The notes under the pieces: generated by a model
Databases searched by the model: none
The model's input: only the letters and a program-made list of their open reading frames with translations
What the model was told of the DNA's origin: nothing
NCBI RefSeq assembly: GCF_009914755.1
Contig: NC_060925.1
DNA: 64,000 bases
Strand: one strand, 5' to 3'
DNA from: the human T2T-CHM13v2.0 reference genome, Homo sapiens
Made by a program: the position numbers and the translations under genes
In this document: piece after piece, positions 40,709 to 54,569 of the stretch
How positions within the stretch are numbered: position 1 is the first letter of the stretch
How the letters are laid out: every line of letters begins with the position of its first letter

Positions 40709-41438
40709 TGTATTAATCCATTTTGCATTGCTATGTAGGAATACCTGAGGCTAGGTAATTTATAAAGAAAAGAGGTTTATTTTGGCTCATGGTTTTACAG
40801 GCTCTGAAAGAAGCATGGTGCCGATATCTGCTTCTGCTGAGGCCTCAGGAAGCTTCCAGTCATGGCAGAAGGTGAAGGGGGAGTAGGTATTTCACATGAC
40901 AAGAGAGGGAGCAAGAGAGAGAGGGGAGGAGGTGTGAAGCTCTTTTTTTACATGACCAGCTCTCTAGTGAACTAATAGAGCAAGAACTCATTTCTGGGGG
41001 AAGGACATCAAGCCATTCATGAGGGATCTACCCCCAAACATCTCCCACTAGGCCCCATCTCCAATACTGATGATCACGTTTCACATAAGATTTGAAGAGG
41101 GCCGGGTGCAGTGGCTCACCTGTAATCCCAGCACTTTGGGAGGCCAAGTCGGGTGGATCACTTGAGGTCAGAGTTCGTGACCAGCTTAGCCAACATGGTG
41201 AAACCACATGTCTACTAGAAATACAAAAATTTGCCGAGTGTGGTGGTGCATGCTTGTAATCCCAGTTACTCGGGAGGCTGAGGCACAAGAATTGCTTGAA
41301 TCTGGGAGGCGGAGGTTGCGGTGAGCCAAGATCACACCACTGCACTCCAGCCTGGGCAACAAAGTGAGACCATCTCAAAAACAAAAACAAAAACAAAAAC
41401 AACTTTTTTTGAAGGGGACAAATATCCAAACTATATCA
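40709..41438 (-). mobile_element. MSTB-type solo LTR interrupted by AluS
   Basis: tgtattaatccattttgcattgctatg...ggggacaaatatccaaactatatca; 5-bp TSD gcatt/gcatc. Confidence 0.9.
41100..41402 (+). mobile_element. AluS with (A5C)n tail
   Basis: GGCCGGGTGCAGTGGCTCAC start; tttgaag repeated on both flanks. Confidence 0.96.
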
Positions 41439-41788
41439 GCATCAAATTTAACTTTCGCTTATTGCAGAACCTCTTCTTTTTGTCTTACAAAAAAGGAACA
41501 AAAATAGGTCATGAAAAAAAAAACAAGTGATGAATGATGATAATTTAATCTTTTAGTTTGAATGGGGAAATTGGCTGGAGCTTTAGAGCTATAAACCTAT
41601 TAGATGAATATTCAAATATAACAGGCTGGATGTAGAATGGAAGGAAATCGTGTCAGTCAGCCAAGACCCGATCCTGTCTTCTGAGAGTGTGGGTTTCCAG
41701 TGTTTACAGCTTTCCTTCTCAGAAGCAGCACACTCTACCTCACCCTGAGGTCTCCTCACTCGAGATTGGAGCCAATACCAGTTGTCTT

Positions 41789-41890
41789 ATAGCATGGCCA
41801 AACATCCTCGTGTGCCTGGCACTGTCCCAGTTCAGTGCTGAAAGTTCTGCATTCCTCAGTCCCAGGAAAACTGGGGTGGTTGGTGACCCT
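41789..41890. mobile_element. MER81-like hAT-Blackjack MITE
   Basis: actgtcccagttcagtgctgaaagt...ctcagtcccaggaaaactggggtggttggtgaccct. Confidence 0.65.
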
Positions 41891-42085
41891 CTTGTCCTAA
41901 AGAGGGGACCAACTCTGGTGCAGAGAGTGGACTACAGATCTCCGTGGGACCTGAAGCTGGTCTCCAAATGAGGCATGTCCTGGCTCGGCTTCCTTCCCTG
42001 GCCCCTGAGAGCACTCCCTCCATACATCACTTTCACAAGACTGTTTCGGAGTCTGCTTCTAAGATAGGGTCTTAAGACCTAAGAC
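41891..42085 (+). mobile_element. LTR16-like ERVL LTR 3' part
   Basis: gagagcactccctcc...atcactttcacaag...tctgcttct...acctaagaca terminus. Confidence 0.55.
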
Positions 42086-42540
42086 AGGGTCCAACCAGGA
42101 AAACAGAAACACTGAAAATTTAAACTAGTAGGATTTTAAAGCAGGGATCTAGTTACACAGATGATAGAAAAAACTGAGACATCAATTAGGGGACAGTGAG
42201 GCAACCCAGAGATTAGTGACAACAGGAAGCTACTGCCATCCAAAACTGGGGGACAAAGGACAGGAGCCTAGGGCTGGGCTTAGCTAGAGGAGGTTAAAAC
42301 AACATGGACTGTTGGATGGGAGCAGAAACATGGAAAAGACACAGCAGAGTTGAAGCAGAAAGGGAGGAAAGAAAACACCTTGGTTTTTCCCTTCCCCTGA
42401 AGTGCCACTACCAGTCTCTTGCAGAAGCCAGCTATCAAAGATTGGGCAAAGTGTCCTGGCTGTCCCAGCCCTCTGGCGATGCAGTGCAGAGCAGGGGCAG
42501 GGTAAGGAATGGATCTTAGAGTGTGCAGGACCAGCACAGT
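42086..42540 (-). mobile_element. LTR33-like ERVL LTR
   Basis: gggtccaaccaggaaaacagaaac...gaggcaacccagagattag...cagaagccagct...accagcaca. Confidence 0.6.
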
Positions 42541-43339
42541 CCCTGTCGCTGTTTTCTCAGTAGTGAACCCAGAATTCTGTCTCTGAGTCAGCACCCAATT
42601 CTTTTACTAAAATCTGTTTATTATTTTTTGCTTAAATAAGCTATTGTTTGTTTATAGATCACTTGTTTCCATGCTGGTGATTTGGAGTTTCTTTTTCACA
42701 GGCTCATGTGGCTGATTGTCTTGCTTAGTGTGTATTTCTTCTACTCTGAAAGACTGCAACTCCTTTAAGACAGAAATGGTGTCTTCCAACGCTTTGTGAC
42801 AGCCTTAATGCATTGCACATAGTACATGCCCAATAATGGGTTCTTGATATTAGAATAACAAACTCAATTTTTAGCAGTCAGGGCATTTCTCTGTTAAGTC
42901 CCTGTCTTTAAGGAAACACTTAAAAAATATTGCATCATTTTGCACCCATAGAATGCACTCTTCTACAGGAAGTTCCATTTCTCCCCTTGCACATGATCAT
43001 GGAATCCGTGGCATTTTTCCATCTCCATTTAGCATGTAAAACCAGTAACATCCTTATTTGAATTCTTCTCTACTGATGCTCAAGTGTGAAGTGAAAAATA
43101 GAAGTATGCCTCCAGATATTTTCAAACCTGGCTCAGCTTTATAATCAATGTAATTACAACACATTTAGTGTTAGAGAGTATTTCTGACTTGCAGAGTGTA
43201 ATGTTAAATCTCAGTGTGTATGTGATTGTGTGTTGCGTCTGTATATTTGTGAATGTGCTATTATGGTGAGGTTCCTTTTGTGCTCCAAAGTTGGGCAGGG
43301 TAATTCTTCACTCTGGACAAAAAAGTATCTGCAGAATTA

Positions 43340-43575
43340 GAGACAGTGTGGTAGAGTAACTCTGTGGCTGGGAATCAGACATACTTATATCCAAATCCAG
43401 ATGCTGACTCTACAGGGCTTCATGACCTTGGGAAAGTTGTTTAACTTTTTGAAACCTGTTGGCTAATATGTAAAATGGGACTATACATAGCGTTCAGATT
43501 TGTTGTGAGTATTTATATGTATATATATGCAGAGTGTCAGGCTGATAGTAAATACTTGATAAACATTTGTTATGA
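43340..43575 (+). mobile_element. MIR
   Basis: tgaccttgggaaagttgtttaac...tgtaaaatggga core. Confidence 0.8.
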
Positions 43576-45025
43576 TTGTTCTTGGGTTATGGTGGTTTGG
43601 CTGAATTATGTATTTACAAGCCTAATTTTGAAGTATTTTATGTAGATAACTTTAACAAACATACACCACTTTTCCTGCCTTATACTTGGACAGGGCTTTA
43701 TTTTTCCCAGCAGTCTCTAACTGAGTTACCTCATCTGATGTTTACAGCTACTCTGGAAGGTCATCAGGAAAGCATTTGAACTCACCTTGGCCAAGGCTGT
43801 GTAGTTGGGTTTGAGGTCCATGTCTGCTTTTTCTCACTGGTGTTGTTTCATAATGTAAGGGGTTTGCCTGAAAGGGGGTATTTCCTTTTCATCTGAAGAC
43901 TGAGTATGGCAATTTCTCAGGTGTTTTTTTTCAGAACCATCTGAACCAAAATTAATCCACACTATTCCCCTGAAAGGAACAAAGGGGAGAAAAGACATGC
44001 TCTCTTGTTCGTAAGAATTGCCAGAGCTTTTTTTTTTTTTAATTAAGTGAGGATAGATACCTTCACTCATCTATCCACTTTTTAATTTCCTATGTTCAAT
44101 TTGATTAAGATGTGTTTCTTGAAGATATGTGCTATCTGCTTCTTGTCGTATAAAAAGTTTAATATCTTTCCCCTTTTATTGGACTAGTAAAGGCATTTGA
44201 CATTAAAAATAATAGCTTTGAATTTTCCTGTTGCTGTCTGCATTCAGTAGGGAGAATATTAAGAATAGATGGGAAAATTCATTTAGTTCTTTCTCTGAAG
44301 GGTCCTTTCAAAGCATTATACTTAACATGATCTACTCTGTAATCCACAGATGCATAGAATAAATAAAATAGAATGATAATGTTAGTTCCTTAGTGTCTAA
44401 TCCAGGAAATGAATGTCTGTTAAAGAAATATGGCTACTAATATTTTTAAAAGTCACTAAAACTTTCTTCTTCCTTTGTTTAGCTGAACTTATTTCTTCCC
44501 AGTGTTTAGCTGAGAGAACATGTGAATTTATGCTCAAGGAAGGGCAACTACAAAGGACCTTAAGAAAACAATATTCTGTTTTGTTATTAAAAGCTGCCAA
44601 GTTGATACAACCTCTAAATTGTGTCCTATGCTCCAGCCCAAGTCTGTTTTGGGACAAAAAGTTGAATTTGGACAGAGCTTCTCACATCGTGATAGAGGTG
44701 GAAGGAAGAAGAATAAGCAAACAGGCTGAGGGTCCTGCACTGAAGTATATCAGTGTCCTGATGAGACTTCCAGTCATGCCAGAGTCACATGAATTGAGGA
44801 CTCTCAGGCTGAACCCCTTTCTGGGGTGGGCTTTCAAACAGGAAGAGTTGTCCTGTAGATCTGCATGTTGAACGTTTTTCTCAGTTCTCCCTTTATTGGC
44901 TCTGTAATAGCTTAATAGTTCTAAAGAATGGGGGCTCTGAATAGAATCACACCCCCAAGTTTACATCTTGATTATCCAGTACTAACTCTACGTGGCAAGC
45001 TAGTACCTTTTCATGCGTCCGTTTT

Positions 45026-45531
45026 TGTGGTAGCCAGCTTCCAAGATAGACCCAGTGACCCCCACCTTCTTATGTTGATGCCCTTATGTAATCATCTCCC
45101 ACGTTTACCAGTTAGTCTGTGTGATCAATAAAATATGCAGAAATGATGATGTGTCACTTCTGAGATCAGGTTATAAAAGACTGAGACTTCCACCTTGGTA
45201 CCTCTGTCACTTTTAGGTCACTTATTCTGGTGGAAGCCAGTAGCTGTGCTGTGAGCCCTCCCGAGAGACCCATGTGGCAAAGATCTGAGGTCTCTTGCTA
45301 AAAGCCACATGAGTGAACTTGGGAGCAGATCTTCCAGGCCCATCAAACCTTCATAGGACTGTGTCTCTAGCCAACATCTTGACTGCAGCCTCATGAGACA
45401 CTGGGACCGAATTACTTGGCTATGTTTCTCCTGGATTTCTGACCCTCGAAAATTGTGAGGTGGCACATTTGTTGTTTTAAGCTGCTAGATTTTGGGATTA
45501 ATTTGTTAAATAGCAATAGAGAACAAATATG
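45026..45531 (+). mobile_element. MLT1E/F-type solo LTR within a MIR
   Basis: tgtggtagccagcttccaagat...gttgttttaagctgcta...aatttgttaaatagcaatag. Confidence 0.85.
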
Positions 45532-45575
45532 GCTTTCTCTTGACAAAATGGGGTTAACAATAATAGTATTAGTAC

Positions 45576-45915
45576 TGCTATGTTTTAAACATTTGTGTCT
45601 CCTCAAAATTCATGTTGAAATTCTAACCTCCAAGATGATGGATTAGAAGGTGAGGCCTTTGGGTGGAGTCCTAATGAATGTCATTAATGTCCTTATGAAA
45701 GATACTGGGGAGCTGTGGAGTTCCTTTCCCTATGTGAGGACACAGCAAAAAGTCAGCAGTGTGCAAGCCAGGAGAGGGCTGTCACCAGAATCTGAATGTG
45801 CTGGACCCCGATCTTGGACTTTCCAGCCTTCAGAACCATGAGAAATAAATTTCTGTTGCTTAAAAGCTACTCAGTTTAATGTATTTTGTTATAGCAGCCT
45901 ACATAGACTAAAACA
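45576..45915 (+). mobile_element. MLT1A-type solo LTR within the same MIR
   Basis: tgctatg...caaaattcatgttgaaattctaac...gagaaataaatttctgttg...gactaaaaca. Confidence 0.88.
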
Positions 45916-48000
45916 AATATCCATGTAGGTACTGAGATAGCATATGTAAATGGTACAGAGTTAAATGTTCGATAAGCAGTGGCTACTATTGTTTTATTAC
46001 TCTTAAGTTGATTCTTCTCTCAGATCGAAACATAGCTTACATAAATGGGTGGGACTGGGACTTTTGCCACTGTCAATGTGTGGACATGCTTGGGTGTCTA
46101 CATCTCCATTTAGTGAACACCTTCCTTTGTCTTTTTTTTGCCAGTCCTGTCCTGTCTCACCACTGGTTCTGGTAGAGGGACGAGATTCAGCTGACTTATC
46201 AAATTGTGGCTGTTAAGCCCTTGACTTGGTGTCCTAGACATTGGATCAAATCAGTCTGGCTACTAAACCCTGAGAATGCTTTGGAATTGAGCTTTTGCAA
46301 CTAATTTTTCTTTGTCGGGGATTTTTTTTTTTCCTTTTAAAGAGAAGATAGAATGTGGGTCAGGCAGTGGAAGGAGTAAGAATCTTGGATGGAGTCAAGG
46401 GAGTAAACATAAATTTGTTTCTTAGTAAGAAAGGAAGAGAGATCTTTGCTTCTTCCAGATTTTATTTTAATTCACTATCGTGTGAGCTATCAATATACAT
46501 TTGAAGCACAGTGGTTATGTAATGTGGACTGTTTTTTTCTCTTGGAGAAGGGAAATACAGCTATTCTCAAATATTTAACAGAGAGGCACTCTTGTTCTTT
46601 TGGAAAATTCTTCTTGGGTCTACCTTATAGCTCCAGGAATTGTAGGAGAGGAAAGTGATGCCTACATAGTTGGCCAGTGTGAGAGAGTCAGCCTTGGCAA
46701 TCTGTGGGAGAAACATGTCATGTGTGGATGTCATGAATTGTTCTCCCAGGCTGGTGTCTTTGTTCACAGCTGTGTATGTTATGGCTAGCATCAATACCTT
46801 TTGATACATGTGTTATTTCCCTCCATAGTTAAAGGCTTTGGTCAACAATAGTCTTTTCTGAGAAGAGCACAGAGGGTAAACAAAATCACTTCTTTCACAG
46901 TGGGATAAACTGAAGCACTGAACAATTATGTTATTCACCTCAGGACAGTCAAAACTAAAAGCCAGGTACTTAATTTTCACACTAACCTACACGTTGATAC
47001 TGCTTCATCATTATCAGTGTTATTATTTTAGAATCAATGCAACAGGCACGTGACAAATATCATAGATTATGGAAACAGTAGATCTTTTTTTTTGTAAAAG
47101 TGGTACCATTTTAAATTTATTTATTGCTCTTAAGTATACTAGATAAATCACTTAGGTGTCTATAAATCTCATAGTTCCCTTTAGTCTCCAAGTTTTGGAT
47201 AACAAAGGTGCTTTGGAATATTCCATAGGTGAACAAATGCATCAGATTTATGGAGGATTTACCTAGAGGGAGAAATGAAAAGCAGTGACCCAAGGAAGAC
47301 AGGGTGGTTCTCTAACCTGTACTTGGAGTTGTTGGTGGTCTTAGGGCTCGATTGCTTGTTGTTAGAACAGTCTGGGTTGTGTTTTAGTACAGCCTGAAGG
47401 TTCCTATTTTCTTTTCTCTTTCTCTGACTCACTGCCTAGTCATTAGCAGAAAGATATTTTGCGCTGGGGCCTAGGGCAAACAGGGATGAGGGGTATGAAC
47501 CTTTCATTTACATTAAGCAGAGTAAAGTAAATTTAATCACTCCTAAATCATGCTGTGCTATAGCATATTGATTTGCTGACTGTCAGTTGAATGTTACCTC
47601 AGAAACAGTGTCCAGCTTCTTGTTCCAGTTCTAGCAGTAAATTTCCAGGTTATTTTAATTAACACACTTTTACATTTAATGCAGCGGGCTACACTTTTCA
47701 AGGCACATTTGCACATATTGCCTTATGGAATCCCACATAACATCTCTGTCCACATTACTGTGTACACACCGTAGGGTATTCTGAAAACTCCTCTGTCACC
47801 GTAATGATGCATTAAATTAATCTCTTGTTCAGGGATTTTGACATGAAATGACCTGGGAAACAGGCTTGCACTCTTGAATAAGTCACTAAGACTTCCCTCA
47901 AGTGGTTCCTAGAAAGGGCGGCTTTCAGGCAATTCTATCATACATAATAATTAGCAACTTCTAAAAATAACTGATGGAGGAAGGCATCACTATAAAGATA

Positions 48001-48498
<498 letters not shown>

Positions 48499-49544
48499 GT
48501 AAAGTCATTCTTCCCTCCAATTGGAGAAATAATACTGGAGTTTAGAGAAAAGGAGGAATAGTAAGTCTCAACAGTAAGGTTTTAGTTGTTCCATTGTTTT
48601 CAGCCCCAGCACCTATGTTCTCTTTCTGGTTTTGAAAAGGAAAAGGACTTTAAAACCAGAGAGGCCTGAGTTGAAATCTTGGTTTGTACTGTGACTACCC
48701 AGGTACAGTAAATGAGTGGCACAGGCTGAAGGAAAAGTGCTGGCCAGTGAGAGCCCACTGCCGTTCTCTGGGAGAGAATCTAGGCATTAAAAGCTTGGTT
48801 CAAAGAGTATTAGTTTTTTTAACAGTGTGTAGGCCATATGAAACAGGTCTGTGGGCAAATCTAGCCCACAGGGCTTTAGTTGGATACTTCTATCCCTTAC
48901 TTTTGTGTAACTTGATACAATTTGGGTCTCATTTTTTTTGACATTTCCTTCTGGAACCTATAATTGATTCTATTCAGAGGCATTCTCTTCTGAACCTTAA
49001 GAATGGTGTTTTCTTTGACCTATAGTATATTTTCCTTAAGTAAATCAATCACGGATGTGTGAATTTTCCTGTTCTCTACTTGTTCTCTGCTTAAGTGATT
49101 GCTGAACCCCCTTCTATGATTTTAACTTTCTCTTAAATTCTAGCATGTACTTGGTTATCAGTTGTAGCTTTCTTTTCTTCCCTTCCTTCTTTTCTCTCCC
49201 ACTTAAAAAAGTTGAGGACTGCAACACATGTACAGAAAAGTGCTCAATAAATGGTCACAAAGTGAACAACTGCGATACTTCCACATCAAGAAATACAGCA
49301 TTGCCCCAATCCTAGCAGTCTCATCTCTGCCCCCTTCCAATCACTACCCTCTCCCTGCTCCCTAGAGGAGCAGGGCACTATTCTCACGTCTAACAGAATG
49401 GCAGTTTTGCTTGTTTTTGAGCTAGATGGAATCATACAATATACATTCTCTTGTATCTGGTTTCTTTTGCTTAATATTATGTTTGAGAGATTCATCCATT
49501 TTGCATGTAGCTGTGATTTGCTCATTTAATTGTGATAAAGATAT

Positions 49545-49857
49545 GCTATTTACTATAGAGCCACTAACCCCAGGAGGCTATTGAGCCCTGGAAATGTGAC
49601 TAGTCTGAAATAAGATGTGCTATAAGTGTAAAGTACATACTGGAGTTCAAATATTTAGTACAAAAAAGAATGTAAAATATTTCATTAATAATTTTTAATA
49701 TGGTTTATATGTTGAAATTATATTTTGGATGGATTAGGTTAAATAAAATATATTATTAAAACTAATCTTACTTGTTTATTTCTTATTTTTAATGTGCCTA
49801 CTACAAAATTTAAAATTACATATGTAATTCACCTTATATTTTTATTGGACACTGCTA
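49545..49857. mobile_element. MER33 hAT-Charlie element
   Basis: gaaatgtgactagtctgaaataagatgtgctataagtgtaaa...aaaattacatatgt...tattggacactgct. Confidence 0.85.
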
Positions 49858-50177
49858 TTATACAGTATTCCATGTTTAGCCATCCTACCGCTAATGTATA
49901 TATTTTTGACTATTACTAATAATGCTGCCATAAACATTCTTCTACATGTATCTTGATGTACATGTATACATTTCTGTATGGAAGATGATTTATTAGATCT
50001 TTGTGCATTTTTTAACTTTGGTGGATAATGACAAAATATTTTCCAAGATGGTTGTACAAAAACTATCCATATATGAACACCCTTGAATTTTGACATCTTC
50101 TCGATCCTTGCCTTTTCCTGTATTTTAAATTTTAGCCATTCTGATGTGTGTTGGTATCTCATTGTGGATTTAATTTG

Positions 50178-50452
50178 CAGGAGGATCGCTTGAGGCATGG
50201 AGTTAGGAGTTTGAGACCAGCCTGGGCAACATAGCCAGACCCTGTCTCTACAAGAATAAATAAATAAATAAATACAAAAATTAGCTGGGCATAGTGGCAC
50301 GTGCCTGTGGTCCTAGCTATTTAGGAAGCTGAGGTGGGAGGATCACTTGAGCCAGGGAGTTTGAGGCTGCAGTGAGCTGTCATTGCACCACTTCACGCCA
50401 GCCTAGGTAACAGAGCATGACCCTATCTCTAAATAAATAAATAAATAAATAA
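50178..50452 (+). mobile_element. AluJ, 5'-truncated, with (TAAA)n in both linker and tail
   Basis: ggaggatcgcttgagg, gaggctgcagtgagct. Confidence 0.93.
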
Positions 50453-51591
50453 GATACATAAAAATAATAATTCTGGAAGAGTAAGTACTCTTACCTTTTT
50501 TCTCCTCTTCTTCTACAGTGTCCTTGCTATTCTTGATCCATTGCATTTCCATATAAAAGTTGGAGTTCTCTCGTCAATTTCCACACAATGTATCTTTCTG
50601 GATTTTGATTGGGTTTGCATTACATCTATATATGAATTTGAGGGGAATTGTCTTCACAATGTTGAGTTTTCAATTTTTCCATGATTATGATAAATGGTTC
50701 CATTTGTTTAGGTTTTCTTATGTTTTTCTAAGTAATATTTTATAGTTTCTATGCAGAAGTCTTACAGATCTTTGGTTAGTTATTCATATTTGTCATATTT
50801 TGATGGTATTATAGTAACATCTTTGTAATATGTCATTTTCAAACTCTTAGTGGCTAATATAAATCAGTCATATTTAAACATTAAGCTTTATCCAGATATC
50901 TTGGTCAATTCATTTATTATTTCTAATAATTTACCTATACATTCTTTTTTCAACACCAACAATCATGTCATCTGCAACACAATAAATTTTATTTTTTTCT
51001 TTCCAATCCTAATATCTTTTTTTTCTTGCCTTAATGTACTGGCTAGGCCCTCCAAAGCATCTCTGCTGAAATTCTCTAACTTGTCTTTTGTCTCCTGGAA
51101 CATTCTAAGCATAACTAAAGTCTGTGACAGTTTACTCCATTTTCTGGAGCCCCTGTATGTCTCTTCCTCTTGGCTATTGTTCTTGGTTTGTGTTAACTCT
51201 GTCTGGTCTTCTTATGTCCCTTAGTGCATTTGAGATTGAGTAGTGAACATTGTTTAGGATAAATATAAAACAGTAGAGGTGTCATCCTTTCCCAGTGAGC
51301 ATTTGCTTCATGCAGTGGCTGGGATGCCAATAATCTTGACTCCTTGCCACTCAGTTCCAGGAACAGATGATTGGAAGTTGACTGCAGTTCATGAAGGGGC
51401 CTATTCGTTTCTGATACATGTGGCAAACAGAAGAAGAGAATGATGCGTGGTATTCTAATAAGGTCGAGGCTCTTTATTTATTGTTGTTTGTTTTTATTTA
51501 AGGGTTCCGTGCATCTTACTTTTATATTCTTTTCAACATTATTTTTTTGTTTTAAGGCACAGGTCATATGTTTTTAAGTTTATTTGGTTTT

Positions 51592-52631
51592 TGCAATAGA
51601 CTGAGTGTTTGTTTCCCCTCCAAATTCATATACTGAAACCCTTATCCCAGTGTTATTATATTTGGAGGTGGGACCTTTGGGAGATAATTAGCTATGAGGG
51701 TGGAGCCCTGAGGAAAAAGATTAGTGCCCTAATAAGAAGTGGCTAGAGAGCTAGCTAGCTTTCTTTCATGAGAGAGTACAATAGTGTCCTTTTATCTGCA
51801 GTTTCACTTTCCACAGTTTCAGTTACCTGCGGTCAATTGCCATACAAAAATATTAAATGCAACATTCCAGGAATAACTCATATCTTGTAAACTGCATTGT
51901 TCTCAGTACCGTGTGATGAACTCTTGCATGGTTCTGCTCCATCTCGCTGGGATGGAAATCATCCCTTTGTCCAGCCTATCCCCACTGCATGCCCTATCCA
52001 CCCTTTAGTCACTTAGTTGCTGTCTCTGTTATCAGATTCACTGTGGAGGTATTGCAGTGCTTGTGTTGAACTTGCTTTTATTTTACTTAATAACGGCCCC
52101 AAAGCACAAGAATAGCAATGCTAGCAATTCAGAGATGCCAAAGAGAAGCTGTAAAGTGCTTCCTTTAAGTGAAAAGGTGAAAGTTCAAGCTTAATAAGCA
52201 AAGAAAAAACATGCTGAGGCTGTTAAGATCTATTGTAAGAACACATCTGTTAAACTGTGAAGAGTATATTGTTATAATTGTTCTATTTTGCGATTAGTTA
52301 CTACTGTTAATCTCTTAGTATGCCAAATTTATAAGTTAAACTTTATCAAAAGTATGTATGTATAGGAAAAAAACAGCACATATAGAGTTTGGTATTATTG
52401 CGGTTTCAGGCATCCCCGGGGTTGTTGGAACATATCCCCTAAGGATAAGAGGGGACTACTGTCCACTGAAAAGTTGGCAGTGTGAAACCGGGAAGAGAGT
52501 CCTCACCAGAATCTGACCATGCTGGCACCCTGATCTTGGACTTCCAGCCTCCAGACTGTAAGAAATAAATGTCTGACGTTCATAAGCCGCTTGTTCTATG
52601 GTACTTTGTCACAGCAATTTGAATGGAGACA
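51592..52631 (+). mobile_element. MLT1A-type LTR split by MER44
   Basis: ccaaattcatatactgaaacc...; after the insertion ctcaccagaatctgaccatgctggcaccctgatcttggacttccagcctccag. Confidence 0.87.
51779..52461. mobile_element. MER44 (Tigger7-derived) DNA transposon, about 680 bp
   Basis: TIRs caatagtgtcctttatctgc / ggataagaggggactactg; preceded by TA. Confidence 0.88.
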
Positions 52632-54569
52632 GTGCTTATACTCTCTTCCTCCTCTTGCACCCTCTCTTGCTTTTTTCTGAGTTCTTTTTTCTAGATACCT
52701 CAGAATCAAAGAATAGGAGGTTTGTAGAAATAGCTGTTGATGTGAAATGTAAGAATTGCTGCTTTGGTGAATGACTTTAGTCTTTATTCCTAGGGTCCCT
52801 GGACTCTTTTATTTCTAGGGTCCCTGGACTTGTTATCATTTGAGCCTTAGGTTGCTCCTCTGGAAGGCAAACTCAGACTGAGCTCCAAAAGCATTAACTG
52901 GGCTCTCTAAGTCACTTGCAGCTTTAATAATCTATGACTATTTAGTTATTGGTTCAGGGTTCATCAAGACAAATGGGCTAAGGGTACATTGTGTGAATTC
53001 TATTTCTCATGAGACATTTCCTATCTTGCACGCCAAGTCCGGTCCCATTCTTCTCTTGTGTTAAAACTCCAAAATCTTTCATTGAAATAGAAAAAGAAAT
53101 GCTGACATTGATAGCACAGTAACAATCTAAATCGGGCATGTAGCTCCTGCATGTAGTTCTGCTTTCTTTGTGCATGCGATACCTCCTAAATGTTGAACAG
53201 CAGGGGAGATAATATAGAAGCCAGTGTGCTCCACAGGGGATGGGTGGGCATGAGTCATGCCCATTGCCACCTGCTGGACTCTTCCTCCTCAAGAATCAGC
53301 TTAGTCCTTGCAAAGCATCACTATCCCCACCCCTGCTGGGGCCCCCTGTCTCAATGATGATACTGGTTCCCTTTGTCTCCGCTGTCCTGTCCCATCCTCC
53401 TGTTAAGGTAATATTTCCAATAAAGGCATGCTGAATTATTATTATTTTTTTCTTTGCAACTTCTGACCGTGATTTCACTCTTCTGGCTTTTTCTCCCAGT
53501 ATTCCGTTGGTGTAGCTCTGCATCTTTGTCCTTCACTTTAGAAAATGGTAATTTATTATTTTAAATGTTTCCCAAAGGTATAAAATGCCCTCAGGTGTTT
53601 CACTTCTAAGAAGTGAACTGTTAGGAGACAAGTCACCACAATCTCCTTATGCCAGTTTAATCACAGACCGCCAGAGTATTTTTAAACTATTATTTGCATT
53701 TTTACTTCTCTAAGTGAGCCACATAGTTTTTATATTCCCTGTGGTCTTAAGCCAGCCCCCTACTCTAGTGTTATATCTCTCTGGCCCCGGATGTTTGGCA
53801 ATGTGTCTTCTGAGAAATTAACCTTGCTTTTGCAATGGGAGGTTTGTCTGTTCAGCAAGACTAGAACTAAGTTAAAACGTTCAGAAAAGGAGAATTTGAT
53901 TCTCTGTGATATTTTCTTAAAAAGAGCCTGGAGGTATATTATTGCAACGCTGTTTCTCTCTCTCTCTTTTCTCAGTTCATTGGTGTTCATCCTTGCTCAC
54001 ATTGATATAAGAGCCGCTGGGGACTCTAATAGAGCTGCTAATGCCACTTCCTTAGAGAGGACTTTTCTAATCATGTTCTGCAAAGTAGTTTCCCTTACCG
54101 TTCTGTTTCTCAGCTCCCAGTTTCTTTCCTTCACACCACTTGTAACGGTTAGTAGTTTTTTTTTTGTTTGTTTGTTTTGTTTTTTTTCAATTATTTGCTT
54201 GCCCACATCTCCGGACTTCTACCCTCTATGAGTGAGTGAGCTACTGTATTCTTGGCATATAGTGCACTGCTTTGCAACAGGAAATATTCAGTAAATTTTG
54301 GTTCAGTTAATTGATGAAAAGGAAAGGAGTTGTGGAAGTTCAAAGACTATGTTTTTCTTGCTTATGACCACTTCTTCCCCTTTTAGCTGCTTGTGTTTAA
54401 TGGATGCTGGGAGTTCACACACAATGCCCTTGCTCTCCTCCCAGCGTTGTATTCAGCCTTACAGTAATTTCTCCACAGGGGGTGATGAGAGAAAGAGTGA
54501 GAAATCTCTTGAAAAGGAATCCTGATGTATCTCCTGTGGAGGATATGTGTGCACATTTAATGTGGTCCA

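Larger units (their letters stand above)
49205..51420 (-). mobile_element. Old L1M(E) remnant interrupted by MER33 and AluJ
   Basis: atggaatcatacaatatac, ttttagccattctgatg, cttgctattcttgatccattgcatttcc. Confidence 0.75.

Noticed and set aside
44413-44871. 152-aa ORF
   Set aside because: No recognisable homology; ORFs of this length arise by chance in 64 kb over six frames.
48849-48873. Small hairpin ctgtgggc...gcccacag
   Set aside because: Looks intrinsic to a MER58-like terminal fragment.
53791-54231. 146-aa hydrophobic ORF resembling a membrane protein
   Set aside because: Hydrophobicity reflects T-rich low-complexity DNA; no recognisable domain or exon structure.
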